Assembly: GCA_047611865.1 (NCBI GenBank)
Contig: JBLFWS010000020.1
Span: 1 to 33,258, forward strand
Length of the DNA stretch: 33,258 nt
Source of the DNA: Chlamydiales bacterium
GTDB taxonomy: Bacteria; Chlamydiota; Chlamydiia; Chlamydiales; JBDQID01
Reading direction: 5' to 3'
Part shown: piece by piece, positions 1-10,068 of the stretch
Layout of the letters: each line of letters begins with the position of its first letter
Numbering within the stretch: position 1 is the first letter of the stretch
The notes under the pieces: generated by a model
Seen by the model: the letters and a program-made list of their open reading frames with translations, nothing else
The model's database searches: none
Told to the model about the DNA's origin: nothing
Translations under genes and position numbers: made by a program

Positions 1-49
1 TCTGGATAGACGATATGTTGACAGCTCTGGAGACGGAGTGAAAGGTGTA

Positions 50-207
50 TTCTTCGCGAATTTAGGACTCTTCACAATGGAAAAAGCCAGAGTCCTAGAG
101 CTAGCGTGTCGATCCCGATGAGGAAACCACTAACTGGAGAGCCGTATGCGTTAATAGCGCACGTGCGGTTCGGAGGGAGGGGTGGCGAAATTCATCCCTA
201 CCCCTAT
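50..207 (+). mobile_element. Group II intron 3' remnant: C-terminus of intron-encoded protein, domain V and domain VI
   Basis: DV GAGCCGTATGCG-TTAATAG-CGCACGTGCGGTTC (139-171) with AGC triad. DVI GGAGGGAGGGGTGG...CATCCCTACCCCTAT has a bulged A (200) and ends in AT at 207. Frame 2 ends ...FFANLGLFTMEKARVLELACRSR* (stop 119-121), resembling maturase C-termini. The 5' boundary is approximate. Confidence 0.9.
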
Positions 208-272
208 CAAAAACGTCACTAAGTATTTTTTTGTCGCACTTTCAGTGCTTATAATTACGTGTGGGTTTATTC

Positions 273-360
273 CTAGCCCTGCGTTCGCCAAAGGCTCACT
301 GCGGACTAGGCTATTACTGTGGCGGAACTTCGTTCCTCATGAAAGCTTTGCCTACGCCAC
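273..360. repeat. REP-like double-hairpin element
   Basis: Imperfect palindrome CCTAG-CCCTGCGTTCGCCAAAGGCTCACTGCGGA-CTAGG, then CTATTACTGT and a second hairpin GGAAC-TTC-GTTCC. GTGGCG/CGCCAC can also pair. Same architecture as the element at 22063-22117. Confidence 0.55.
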
Positions 361-399
361 AAAACAGCCAAGTGAGGGCGCACCATTAACGGCTTGGAT

Positions 400-437
400 C
401 GAGTATAAAATCAGACATCCCCTAATTTTAATACACG
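400..437. repeat. 38-bp mini inverted-repeat element, copy 1
   Basis: CGAGTATAAAAT...ATTTTAATACACG. Same length and ends as the copy at 1543-1580. Confidence 0.6.
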
Positions 438-506
438 ACCTAGATTAATAATCGTTTTATCTATATAATATCAGTCTATCTTTGTACTTTTATTGGAAAT
501 GTAATT

Positions 507-1535
507 ATGTCTTATTGTCTTTCATCTTACGAATTTACTCTTCCCGACGAGCTTATTGCTCAGCGTCCCTGTCAACCACGGGATCGTTCCAGACTTATGG
601 TCGTGGATAGAAAGAAGGGAGAAATATCCGAGATGGTTTTTAGAGATCTCGTGGATTTCCTTCAAAAAGACGATAGCTTAATTTTTAACGATACAAAAGT
701 CATTCCTGCCCGTCTTCTTGGGGCAAAGAGTAGCGGTGCTGCTGTGGAAATGCTTTTGACAAAGCCCGTTGGCCTAAATATCTGGGAGGTCCTCGCAAAG
801 CCGGGGAAAAAACTTAAAGTGGGGTCCATTGTTCATTTTAGTGAGGAGTTTACTGCTGAAATCTTGAAAACGCTAGATGATGGGACTAAGGTCGTTCGTT
901 TTCATTGTGAAGGAGATTTTCTTACACTTCTCGATAAATATGGTCAAGTGCCTCTTCCTCATTACATCTCTCGCCATTCATCAGAAAAGGAAGAGCGGGA
1001 ACTATATCAAACAATCTATGCTGCGAATGCTGGAGCGGTGGCTGCACCTACAGCTGGCCTGCATTTTTCTGACGATATGTTTCAGGAATTTGCGGCGAAA
1101 GGTATCGAAAAACATATGGTAACTTTGCATGTGGGGCCGGGTACTTTCAGGCCTGTTAAAGTTCAAGATATCCGCGAGCATCAGATGCACTCCGAGCGCT
1201 ATTACCTTGGTGAGCAAGTCGCTTCAAACTTAAATAGCTCTTCAAAAAGAAGGAGAGTATGTGTGGGAACGACTTGCTGTCGCGTTTTGGAATCTGCTTC
1301 GAATGCCGAAGGGACCCTTTGTGAGGGGGATGGGGAAACAGATATTTTTATCTATCCGGGTTATTCGTTTAAGTATGTAGACTGTTTATTGACAAACTTT
1401 CACCTGCCTGGATCCTCCCTTATGATGTTAGTCTCAGCATTTGCAGGTAGAGAGCTCATTCAGGAAGCCTATCAAAAAGCTATAAAAGATCGATTTCGTT
1501 TTTATTCTTATGGTGACGCAATGCTAATCATCTGA
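507..1535 (+). CDS. queA: S-adenosylmethionine:tRNA ribosyltransferase-isomerase
   Basis: LPDELIAQRP, RDRSRLMV, FNDTKVIPARL, GAVAAPTAGLHF, LHVGPGTF, LLTNFHLP, RFYSYGDAMLI motifs. Confidence 0.97.
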   Translation: MSYCLSSYEFTLPDELIAQRPCQPRDRSRLMVVDRKKGEISEMVFRDLVDFLQKDDSLIFNDTKVIPARLLGAKSSGAAVEMLLTKPVGLNIWEVLAKPGKKLKVGSIVHFSEEFTAEILKTLDDGTKVVRFHCEGDFLTLLDKYGQVPLPHYISRHSSEKEERELYQTIYAANAGAVAAPTAGLHFSDDMFQEFAAKGIEKHMVTLHVGPGTFRPVKVQDIREHQMHSERYYLGEQVASNLNSSSKRRRVCVGTTCCRVLESASNAEGTLCEGDGETDIFIYPGYSFKYVDCLLTNFHLPGSSLMMLVSAFAGRELIQEAYQKAIKDRFRFYSYGDAMLII

Positions 1536-1542
1536 TCAAGCT

Positions 1543-1580
1543 CGTGTATTAAATCATTCATTCCTAAATTTTAATACACG
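1543..1580. repeat. 38-bp mini inverted-repeat element, copy 2
   Basis: CGTGTATTAAA-TCATTCATTCCTAAAT-TTTAATACACG; 11-bp perfect inverted ends. Confidence 0.65.
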
Positions 1581-1784
1581 TTCCTCTCCTCTTCTCTTTC
1601 TTCTTTTTTCTCTCTTCTTATCTCCTCTTATCGTCCTTCACGGCGTTCGTGTCCTTCAATGCCGTCGCTACTGTATTTGGGTGAGGTCTCATTAATCAAA
1701 TATTTAAACTGTCTTAATACTTCCCTTATACACGGCTGGTAAAATAAAGGTTTAGAGTAGCGGCCTAATTAGAGGTAGACAGCC

Positions 1785-2189
1785 ATGATTAACGAAAATC
1801 AAATAGACCAAATCGTAGAAGAATTGATAAAAAAGCAGTACGTAGAGTGCATCATTAATGGTGAACTACTTGTTCTGAGATTTTCGGAGGGTTTTAATAA
1901 GCTTCATATCACCGCCTCTGTCTTTGATGGTGGCAATTACATTCCTGAAAGCGTTCGTAGAGGAGTGAAGGCTAAAAGCCTCTTTCCTCGATGTAATATC
2001 CAAACATTCTTCACTTTAGATGAGAAAAAATTTCAAGTGGTTTTAAATTTCAGTACGAATATGGATGAAGGCTTCGGAGAATTTTCAGAATGGATTAACG
2101 ATTTTATTTGGATAGCGAAAGAATGGAGGTTTCTCCTCGATCGCTATGGCCAAGAAGATTTAGTATTCGTATACGCTAGTAAAAATTAA
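1785..2189 (+). CDS. Hypothetical protein (134 aa)
   Basis: ORF with GAGGT Shine-Dalgarno upstream; no motif recognised with certainty. Confidence 0.75.
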   Translation: MINENQIDQIVEELIKKQYVECIINGELLVLRFSEGFNKLHITASVFDGGNYIPESVRRGVKAKSLFPRCNIQTFFTLDEKKFQVVLNFSTNMDEGFGEFSEWINDFIWIAKEWRFLLDRYGQEDLVFVYASKN

Positions 2190-2292
2190 TATAATGTTAT
2201 GTAGTAACATGTAATAATGTATAACAATATACTTAATAATATGGTCGAAGAGTGGTAGTAATACTACTCTTCTTTTTCTTCTTATTCTTTCT

Positions 2293-2502
2293 GGCGTTGT
2301 TGCATAAAACATGCGTCTACAAGAGGCTTATGATTAAATCTTTACCACCGAGATTACAGAGGGCACAGAGAAAATAAAAAAAACACAGATCAGTTGAGAT
2401 CATATTGTGAGAGACTTTATGCATTTTCTATCTCTCTGTGTTCTCGGTGCTCTCTGTGGTTAAATAAATGATTGTAAACGTATTAAGTTATGCAACAACG
2501 CC
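2293..2502. mobile_element. 210-bp MITE with IS5-family (IS903-group-like) ends
   Basis: Perfect 15-bp TIRs GGCGTTGTTGCATAA (2293-2307 / 2488-2502). Perfect 9-bp target duplication ATTCTTTCT (2284-2292 / 2503-2511). No coding capacity. Confidence 0.88.
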
Positions 2503-2689
2503 ATTCTTTCTTACTTCTTCATCTCTCTTCATCTCACTTCTTTTCTCGGATTTGATCCAGCCTACACAAAGCTCAAGTCTCTGCCACTTTATATTTTTTT
2601 AATGAGGCGCAATGGATTCATTTACCTTACTTGCGACAAACGTCTACTTTGTCTAGACTCACTAACTAAATAAAAATTGGTGGGAGTTC

Positions 2690-3535
2690 ATGTCTATTCA
2701 CGATACATCAGCCTGGTTCCACTGGGACCCTTCACGAAATCTCTTTGTTATTCCTTACTTTGAAAGAGCCGTTGCCTGGTATGGTTTTTTCTTTGCTTTA
2801 GGTTTTATTGTTGGGTATTTTGCAGTACTCAGAATTTTTTCTAGAGAACTTAACTCCAAAGAAAAGTCTGTGGAGTTAGCTGACAGCCTTTTGTGGTATG
2901 TGGTAATTGGCTGCATCGTTGGAGCGAGGCTCGGACACGTGCTTTTTTACGATTGGCCGCAGTTTCAAAACGACCTCTTTAGTATTTTTAGAGTTTGGGA
3001 AGGGGGGCTAGCAAGTCATGGTGGTGCTGTTGGTGTTCTCTTAGGATTATTGATTTTCAGGCTTCGCTGGCGTAAATCCTCCCCGAGTATTACCTTTGCT
3101 GTGCTTTGCGATAGTTTGGCGATACCTACGGCTTTCGTGGCAGGATGTATTCGCATTGGAAACTTTTTCAACCAGGAAATATTGGGTACGGTAACTAGCG
3201 TTCCTTGGGCTATAGTTTTTGGGCATCCTGCTGACGGAAGCTCACCGCTTCCGAGACATCCAGTGCAATTGTATGAGTCGGTGTTTAATTTTGCTGTGTT
3301 TGCTCTATTATTCTATTGCTGGAAGAACAATAAAGTTCAGGTTGGAAAGTGGATATACTCAGGGCTTTTTCTTTCCCTGATATTTAGCTTCAGAATTGTT
3401 ATAGAGGTCTTTAAGTTACCGGAAAGCATGCTTCTTTCAGGCGATTCTTCGTTGTTGATGGGGCAGTACTTAAGTATTCCTTTTGCCTTTGCAGGGTATG
3501 CATTACTTATAAGAGCAAGAATGGAAAATGCTTAA
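2690..3535 (+). CDS. lgt: Prolipoprotein diacylglyceryl transferase
   Basis: [43 protein letters not shown] motifs. Confidence 0.96.
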   Translation: MSIHDTSAWFHWDPSRNLFVIPYFERAVAWYGFFFALGFIVGYFAVLRIFSRELNSKEKSVELADSLLWYVVIGCIVGARLGHVLFYDWPQFQNDLFSIFRVWEGGLASHGGAVGVLLGLLIFRLRWRKSSPSITFAVLCDSLAIPTAFVAGCIRIGNFFNQEILGTVTSVPWAIVFGHPADGSSPLPRHPVQLYESVFNFAVFALLFYCWKNNKVQVGKWIYSGLFLSLIFSFRIVIEVFKLPESMLLSGDSSLLMGQYLSIPFAFAGYALLIRARMENA

Positions 3536-3656
3536 AATTTTCTTAGACAATATCTTTATTGTCACGCTATTGTCTGTCTTGTTTTCAATAAATGTTATGA
3601 ACCAAAGTAAGGCCGAAGCGAGCAATGCTCAGTCTGTCGAAAAAGAAGGAAGAGAT

Positions 3657-5000
3657 ATGTCAACAAAGTTAGGAGCTAAATTGGACTACAAAATTATACG
3701 TGGCATTGACGTTACTAGTAAGGAAGGTAAGGAACTTGCTGTATGGGGTCGAAAAGAAATTGATAAAGCGGAAAAAGAAATGCCAGGCTTGATGGCTCTG
3801 CGTAAAGAATTTGGTGTTTCGAAACCCTTGGCCGGCACACGCATTGCCGGATGCCTACACATGACAGTCGAAACAGCGGTACTTATAGAAACTTTGGATG
3901 CACTCGGCGCTGACGTTCGTTGGTCTTCTTGCAATATTTATTCCACACAAGATTACGCCGCAGCAGCTATTGCCGCCGCAGGCTTTCCCGTATTTGCCTG
4001 GAAAGGGGAGACGGAAGAAGAATATAAATGGTGTATCGAGCAAACTCTATTCTTTGATGGGGAACCTTTGAATCTCATTTTGGATGATGGAGGAGACCTC
4101 ACTGCTCTTGTTCATGAAAAGTATCCAGAATTACTAAAAACTTTGGTCGGAATATCTGAAGAAACGACAACAGGGGTGCATGCTCTGGAACGTATGCTGA
4201 AAGAGGGTAGACTAGGTGTTCCAGCGATTAATGTGAACGATTCTGTGACCAAGTCGAAGTTTGACAACCTTTATGGTTGCCGCGAATCTCTTGCCGATGG
4301 AATCAAAAGAGCTACAGACGTAATGATTGCAGGAAAAGTTGTAGTTGTTGCTGGCTTTGGTGATGTGGGTAAAGGCTGTGCGGAAGCTATGCATAGTCTT
4401 GGTGCTCGCGTACTTATTACTGAGATAGATCCTATTTGCGCATTACAAGCTGCAATGACTGGTTATCAAGTGGTAACAATGGAAGAAGCAGCTCCACAGG
4501 GGGACATCTTTGTTACGGCCACAGGTTGTCACGGTATTATTACCGGAGAACATCTTGAAGCTATGAAAGACCAGGCAATTGTTTGTAACATAGGCCATTT
4601 TGATTGTGAAATCGATGTGGCATGGCTCGAAGGAAATGATAATATTGTTGAAGATAATATCAAACCTCAGGTTGATCGTTTCGTATGGAAAAATAAAGAT
4701 AAAGCTATCATCCTCCTTGCTAAAGGCCGCTTGGTTAATCTTGGGTGTGCTACAGGCCACCCTGCTTTTGTGATGTCTAATTCATTCACAAATCAGGTCC
4801 TAGCGCAAATCGAGCTGTGGGAAAATCAAAATAAATACGAAGTGGGAGTATATTGCCTTCCAAAGTATCTTGATGAAAAGGTAGCTCGTCTACACCTCGA
4901 AAAGCTGGGTGTGCACTTGACTAAGCTTTCAGCAGAGCAATCAGAATACTTGGGGATTCCACAGGAAGGTCCTTATAAGCCAGATCATTACCGCTATTAA
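3657..5000 (+). CDS. ahcY: Adenosylhomocysteinase (SAH hydrolase)
   Basis: [70 protein letters not shown]. Start placed at ATG 3657 behind an AAGGAAG SD; the ORF track opens at 3528. Confidence 0.97.
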   Translation: MSTKLGAKLDYKIIRGIDVTSKEGKELAVWGRKEIDKAEKEMPGLMALRKEFGVSKPLAGTRIAGCLHMTVETAVLIETLDALGADVRWSSCNIYSTQDYAAAAIAAAGFPVFAWKGETEEEYKWCIEQTLFFDGEPLNLILDDGGDLTALVHEKYPELLKTLVGISEETTTGVHALERMLKEGRLGVPAINVNDSVTKSKFDNLYGCRESLADGIKRATDVMIAGKVVVVAGFGDVGKGCAEAMHSLGARVLITEIDPICALQAAMTGYQVVTMEEAAPQGDIFVTATGCHGIITGEHLEAMKDQAIVCNIGHFDCEIDVAWLEGNDNIVEDNIKPQVDRFVWKNKDKAIILLAKGRLVNLGCATGHPAFVMSNSFTNQVLAQIELWENQNKYEVGVYCLPKYLDEKVARLHLEKLGVHLTKLSAEQSEYLGIPQEGPYKPDHYRY

Positions 5001-5019
5001 TCTAGCTCTGGTATACTTC

Positions 5020-5052
5020 AAGCGGATTTCTCATTTTTGAGAAATCCGCTTT
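5020..5052 (+). terminator. Intrinsic terminator-like hairpin after ahcY
   Basis: AAGCGGATTTCTCA-TTTT-TGAGAAATCCGCTT followed by T-rich sequence. Confidence 0.75.
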
Positions 5053-5085
5053 CTAATTTTTATTGATCAATTTTAGGTGCTGAAG

Positions 5086-6039
5086 ATGAAACCGGGTAAG
5101 ATATTGGTGGCAGGAGCCAGAGGAATGGTGGGGGGTGCTCTTGTCAGGAGACTGGAAAATCGAGATATTCACGAATTACTAACACCATCTCGTAATGAAT
5201 TAGATTTCACACAGCAATCTCAGGTTAAGGAATATTTTCAAGAGCATCGGCCGGATGTTGTAATAGTTGCTGCAGCGAAAGTTGGGGGCATTTGGGCAAA
5301 TGATTGCTATTCCGCGGAATTTCTCTACGATAACCTGATGATTGCCAGTAATGCTATTCACCAGGCCCATGAAGCTGACGTAAAAAGATTATTGTTTTTA
5401 GGGAGCACATGTATTTATCCTAAGATGGCTCCTCAGCCAATTCCTGAAGAAGCTCTCCTGACGGGACCTCTGGAAAAAACGAACGAAGCCTATGCCTTGG
5501 CAAAAATCGCTGGTGTTAAACTTTGTGAGTTTTACAGGAAGCAGTACGGTCGCAGCTATATTTCAGCCATGCCCACAAACCTTTATGGCCCCGGCGACAA
5601 CTATCATCCGGAAAACTCACACGTTCTTCCAGCCCTTTTACGGCGATTCCATGAGGCAAAAGAGGCCGGGAAGAAAGAGGTGATTATTTGGGGGAGCGGG
5701 ACTCCTTTGAGAGAGTTCCTCCATGTGGATGACCTCGCCGCAGCTTGTATCTTTCTTCTGGAAAATTACGATGACGCTTTACCGATAAATGTAGGTTCTC
5801 AAGATGAAGTGAGTATCAAGGAGCTTGCAGAAATGGTTGCGGAGGCTGTCGGGTTTAAAGGAGTAATTTCACAAGATTTGTTAAAACCTGATGGAACACC
5901 AAGAAAAAAGACAGACTGCTCACGTATAAGCTCACTTGGGTGGCACGCAGAAATTTCTTTAAAAGATGGTTTACGAAGAACTTATCAGAACTTTCTTGAC
6001 GAAAGTACTGATCGTCTTTCTTTACTCAGAAATGTGTGA
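5086..6039 (+). CDS. fcl: GDP-L-fucose synthase (epimerase/reductase)
   Basis: [82 protein letters not shown]. Start is ATG 5086 or GTG 5077. Confidence 0.95.
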   Translation: MKPGKILVAGARGMVGGALVRRLENRDIHELLTPSRNELDFTQQSQVKEYFQEHRPDVVIVAAAKVGGIWANDCYSAEFLYDNLMIASNAIHQAHEADVKRLLFLGSTCIYPKMAPQPIPEEALLTGPLEKTNEAYALAKIAGVKLCEFYRKQYGRSYISAMPTNLYGPGDNYHPENSHVLPALLRRFHEAKEAGKKEVIIWGSGTPLREFLHVDDLAAACIFLLENYDDALPINVGSQDEVSIKELAEMVAEAVGFKGVISQDLLKPDGTPRKKTDCSRISSLGWHAEISLKDGLRRTYQNFLDESTDRLSLLRNV

Positions 6040-6094
6040 GAAAGGTCTTGGCGAAAATGTTGGCAATATGCTATATTTTTGCTTCTTACAGAGT

Positions 6095-6169
6095 CGGAGT
6101 ATAGCGCAGCTTGGTTAGCGCGACTGCTTTGGGAGCAGTAGGCCGGGGGTTCGAATCCCTCTACTCCGA
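6095..6169 (+). tRNA. tRNA-Pro (TGG)
   Basis: CGGAGTA acceptor stem, anticodon arm ACTGC-TTTGGGA-GCAGT, GGTTCGAATCC T-loop; CCA not encoded. Confidence 0.96.
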
Positions 6170-6185
6170 TTCCCTTTTTCCCTTC

Positions 6186-6596
6186 TTATTTTTCCGTATA
6201 CTGAAGCCAAAGACCACTTGATATTCCCCATATCCCATTGACTCCGAGAACGAATACAGGTGTCATATCACCTAACTTTGTTCCCAGGAATCCTTGATGT
6301 TCACAGAATGGCAAAATGATTAGTAGTTGGACTGCTGAGGGTGCCAAGCTGTAGATGAGACCTCTGAAAAGATAGGAGCGCTTGAGAAAGGGGAGGAGAA
6401 ATAAAAAGCCCCAGAGCCCTCCGTAAATAATTCTAGGATAGAGCCAGTCTGTTGTCATAGCTGGGATAATATTCACATTGAAATGTGCTGTCAGTTCTGT
6501 TGTTCCACTTATCCATATTGCCAAACTGTTAAGAAGTCCTCCCAGGCAGCCAGCGGCAAAAGTAAGAGAAAGGGATTTGAAAAAACGATCATTCAT
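6186..6596 (-). CDS. Small membrane protein (about 4 TM segments)
   Basis: Hydrophobic, Gly-rich 136-aa ORF (LYPRIIYGGLWGFLFLLP) with AGGT SD. Confidence 0.75.
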   Translation of the reverse strand: MNDRFFKSLSLTFAAGCLGGLLNSLAIWISGTTELTAHFNVNIIPAMTTDWLYPRIIYGGLWGFLFLLPFLKRSYLFRGLIYSLAPSAVQLLIILPFCEHQGFLGTKLGDMTPVFVLGVNGIWGISSGLWLQYTEK

Positions 6597-6749
6597 GGTG
6601 TTTACCTATTTTGTAAGATATTATGGATAGAATGCTGAAATTTTTTGGGTCTGTCAAATATTTTATCTTGGCTTCTCAGTAAGAACCTGCAACGCCGCAG
6701 GTGGTGCACAATATGAGCTCAAAAAGGATACTTTATTCTTGCACAGTTC

Positions 6750-8930
6750 CTAAGTCGTAGTAGTTGCCATAGCAAGTAGGGATTGCTGGAGAGCCGTGTA
6801 GCGCTTTTGTACTTCGTTATTTCTTACTGCAATAGCTAGCGCTTTTCTGTTTCCCACTAGAACGACGAGTTTTTTTCCACGAGTGACTCCTGTATAGAGT
6901 AGGTTGCGATGCAATAGCTTAAAGTGAGATGTGTGTACAGGCATGACGACGCAGGGGCATTCACTGCCCTGAAATTTGTGGACGGAAACCGCATAAGCTA
7001 GCATTAGCTCATCGAGCTCTTTCCATTCGTAGTCAACGTCTATTTCACCAAAGCGTACCATTATTTGCATGTCTGAGGTATTAACTTCGATAATTCTCCC
7101 GACATCTCCATTGAAGACTTCCTTGCGATAATTGTTGCGGATTTGCATGACTTTGTCACCCACGAGGAAGCGGAAGCCGTTGCGTTGAATTCCCTCGCCT
7201 TGTGGATTGAGGATGCTTTGCAATACGTTGTTGAGGTTTTCCGTTCCAATAAGACCCCGTTTCATGGGGGCAAGTACCTGTATGTCTTCTAATGGCTTAA
7301 AGCCATATTTTTTGGGTAGCCGAGAGCTGACTAGGTTGATGATTGTTTCAAGGACGTGTTCTTTTTCTTCTCTCGTAATGAAATAAAAATCACTGTTAAA
7401 TCCGTTGCGGATATCGGGGAAATGTCCGCTATTGATTTTGTGGGCATTTGTGGTGATGGCAGAGCCTGCAGCCTGACGGAAAATATCTTTCAGCATAACA
7501 ACAGGGAGTCGCTTGCAGTTGATCAAATCTCTTAGGACATTACCGGGGCCAACGCTTGGAAGCTGGTCGATGTCTCCTACGAAAACTATACGGGCTTCAT
7601 TAGGGATTGCTTTGACTAAACTATACATCAGAAAGGTGTCAATCATACTTGCTTCGTCGATTATGAGGAGGTCGCATTCGAGGGGGTTGTCCCGGTTTTT
7701 TTTGAAACCCATGATTCTGAAATCGAATTCCAAAAGGCTATGGATGGTCTTGGCTTCTCTTCCGGTGATTTCAGCCATGCGCTTGGCAGCCCTTCCGGTA
7801 GGCGCTGCTAATAAGATACGACTGCTTAAAAATCCCGTGATGGTAAGAATGGCGTTCGTGATTGTACTTTTACCCGTACCAGGTCCCCCTGTGATTATGA
7901 GAAATTTTTCCTTCACGGCAAGTGAAACAGCTTTTTCCTGAAGAGGAGCAAGGGTTATCTTTAACTGTTCCTGTACCCACTCTATGGCTTTGTCAGTATC
8001 TATTTGTCTAAGAGTGGAGGGGGCCGTACGCAAGCGTTGTACTTCACGACCAATACCTGTTTCGGAAGAATATAAAGGCTTTAGCCAGATGAAAGGAGTG
8101 TCATCTCCTTGGTGGATGATGGAGGCAATTACGATACGATTCTCCAGCTCTAAACCTTCTAAGCGAGAGGCTACTTTTTCAGGATCGACTTCGAGTATTT
8201 CGTGTGCTATTGGGAGAAACTCATGAACGGGATAGCAAGCGTGTCCATCTCCGGAGAGCTCTTTTAACACATGCTCGACACCTGCATCAATACGTTCGTC
8301 AGAATCTTGAGCAATGCCCATGCTTTGGGCAATTCTGTCGGACATTTTAAAGCCTATGCCATGGATGTCACGGGAAAGGTTATAGGGGTTTTCCTTCACT
8401 TTCTCGATACTTTTACTACGGTAGGCTTTGAAGATCTTCTGAGCAAAGGCGGGAGTAATGCCAAATCCTTGCAAGAAGATCATGATGTCACGGACGGCAT
8501 GCTGCTCTTTCCAGCATGTTCTGATTTGCTCTATGCGCTTTGCACCGATTCCAGGTATTTCTTTCAGTCGGTCGGTTTCGGACTCAATGACGTTTAGAGT
8601 TTCAATACCGAATACTTTAATGATTTTTTTTGCATATACCGGACCTATTCCTTTGATGAGGCCTGATTCGAGATATTTCTGTATGCCTATGATGTCGGAG
8701 GGAGCTTCTACGCGATACTTGCTGACATCAAATTGACGACCAAACTGAGGATTTACTTTCCATTCGCCTTCAGCCCGGATACTTTCTCCGGGTTGCAGGG
8801 CAGGCATTAGTCCTACGACGCAAATGAGGTCCACAGCGTTGGAGACTTTGATCTTCGCAACGGTGAATCCGTTTTCTTCGTTTTGAAAGGTGATTCTGTC
8901 GACGTGTCCTTCGAGCTCATCCATATGCAA
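6750..8930 (-). CDS. recD2: ATP-dependent RecD2-like SF1B DNA helicase
   Basis: N-terminal ITFQNEENGFTV, HhH GIGPV, Walker A GGPGTGKS, APTGRAAKR, DEASM, GDIDQLPSVGPG, AYAVSVHKFQGSE, LLYTGVTR. Confidence 0.95.
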   Translation of the reverse strand: MHMDELEGHVDRITFQNEENGFTVAKIKVSNAVDLICVVGLMPALQPGESIRAEGEWKVNPQFGRQFDVSKYRVEAPSDIIGIQKYLESGLIKGIGPVYAKKIIKVFGIETLNVIESETDRLKEIPGIGAKRIEQIRTCWKEQHAVRDIMIFLQGFGITPAFAQKIFKAYRSKSIEKVKENPYNLSRDIHGIGFKMSDRIAQSMGIAQDSDERIDAGVEHVLKELSGDGHACYPVHEFLPIAHEILEVDPEKVASRLEGLELENRIVIASIIHQGDDTPFIWLKPLYSSETGIGREVQRLRTAPSTLRQIDTDKAIEWVQEQLKITLAPLQEKAVSLAVKEKFLIITGGPGTGKSTITNAILTITGFLSSRILLAAPTGRAAKRMAEITGREAKTIHSLLEFDFRIMGFKKNRDNPLECDLLIIDEASMIDTFLMYSLVKAIPNEARIVFVGDIDQLPSVGPGNVLRDLINCKRLPVVMLKDIFRQAAGSAITTNAHKINSGHFPDIRNGFNSDFYFITREEKEHVLETIINLVSSRLPKKYGFKPLEDIQVLAPMKRGLIGTENLNNVLQSILNPQGEGIQRNGFRFLVGDKVMQIRNNYRKEVFNGDVGRIIEVNTSDMQIMVRFGEIDVDYEWKELDELMLAYAVSVHKFQGSECPCVVMPVHTSHFKLLHRNLLYTGVTRGKKLVVLVGNRKALAIAVRNNEVQKRYTALQQSLLAMATTTT

Positions 8931-9046
8931 TTGTATTCTCGTGAGGTAAAAAAACAGTATTGTAACATAAGTACAAAAGAGTTTTCAAGAAAGGTCTCTT
9001 TTACTAATGATGGGACCGGTAAAAAATCACTAATAAGAGGTTGAAA

Positions 9047-9577
9047 ATGCATGCTTACTATAAGGATTACTACTGGAAACAAGGCAGGCCCTATGGAAGC
9101 TGCGCTATTACTGGGGGAGTGGAAAAGGGGTGTTCCCAGGCTTTCAGAATCGTTTCGGACCCCTACCACCGTCGTATCACAGTCGAAGCTTATGAAGAGG
9201 GCCTGTTTTCTACTGTTCTTTACGACTCAGCTATGTTGGATTTCCGCGAACTTCAAGCGAGAAAGCAAATTGCCTGGAAAAAAGAGGTCGTTAGCGAGGA
9301 TGCGGAGAGATCTGTAGCCCTTATAAGAAACGAGGATGACCGGGTTGTTCTTAAAGAAATCTATACATTTGATGGGCAGCGGTGCATGGAATGTTTGGCA
9401 TACTCACCTCAGGATTTGCTAATTTCCAGGCAAAAAATGCTATATACCCGATTTGGAGATTCTACTGACGGGGTCATTCTTTATGATGCAGGTGGTCGTC
9501 CTGTGATGTCAAAAACTTATGATTTGGATGATGAGGGCGAATTTAAAGACCTTTTAGGAGAAAATTGGGAGATCTAA
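9047..9577 (+). CDS. Hypothetical protein
   Basis: Long ORF (~176 aa from ATG 9047) with GAGG SD; divergent from recD2. Confidence 0.75.
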   Translation: MHAYYKDYYWKQGRPYGSCAITGGVEKGCSQAFRIVSDPYHRRITVEAYEEGLFSTVLYDSAMLDFRELQARKQIAWKKEVVSEDAERSVALIRNEDDRVVLKEIYTFDGQRCMECLAYSPQDLLISRQKMLYTRFGDSTDGVILYDAGGRPVMSKTYDLDDEGEFKDLLGENWEI

Positions 9578-9715
9578 GGGGGCTTGTGGGGACATTCTAA
9601 AATTGACATTTTAAAATCTAGTATTAAAAGATTAGTAAAAATTTTAAATTTACCGAGTAAAAAAAAGTTTATTTGGGTATAATGGGCCTTGATACATAGA
9701 AATATTGGAGGCTAC

Positions 9716-10054
9716 ATGGGTGTTGCACAAGAGAGCGACCAAGTAAAAAAAGCTCGGGAAAAGTTGAAGCGTCAATTTGAAGAAGAAACCAAATTGATTA
9801 CTCCTGAGGCATTAAAGGAAGTACAGGATAAGATTTATCGATGGATCGAACGCCATTCCAGAGAGCGTGTAAATCTTAGAGAAAGAAATATCGCTCAATA
9901 CACTTTGTTCGACACCAATGAACACCCAGCAAAAACAACGAGTAAATTCGTGCAGCGCCTCAAATCACAGTTGATTACTGAGCTCCCAGGGGTAAGTGAG
10001 GAGGCAGTACCGGATCGTTCCTTACGAGGAAGAATCAAAAGAGTGGATTCTTAA
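9716..10054 (+). CDS. Hypothetical protein (charged, helical)
   Basis: ATG 9716 follows a GGAGG SD; TATAAT lies upstream (~9678). Confidence 0.7.
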   Translation: MGVAQESDQVKKAREKLKRQFEEETKLITPEALKEVQDKIYRWIERHSRERVNLRERNIAQYTLFDTNEHPAKTTSKFVQRLKSQLITELPGVSEEAVPDRSLRGRIKRVDS

Positions 10055-10068
10055 GCTCTGATAAAAAT

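Noticed and set aside
182..448. 88-aa ORF
   Set aside because: It starts inside intron domain VI and runs through REP-like and mini-IR repeats; no SD, so probably spurious.
1581..1640. Pyrimidine-rich tracts (also 2265-2292 and 2503-2545)
   Set aside because: Low-complexity sequence with no consistent period or assignable function.
3528..3656. N-terminal extension of AhcY, or a SAH riboswitch in its leader
   Set aside because: There is a better SD and start at 3657, and no SAH riboswitch consensus is recognisable.
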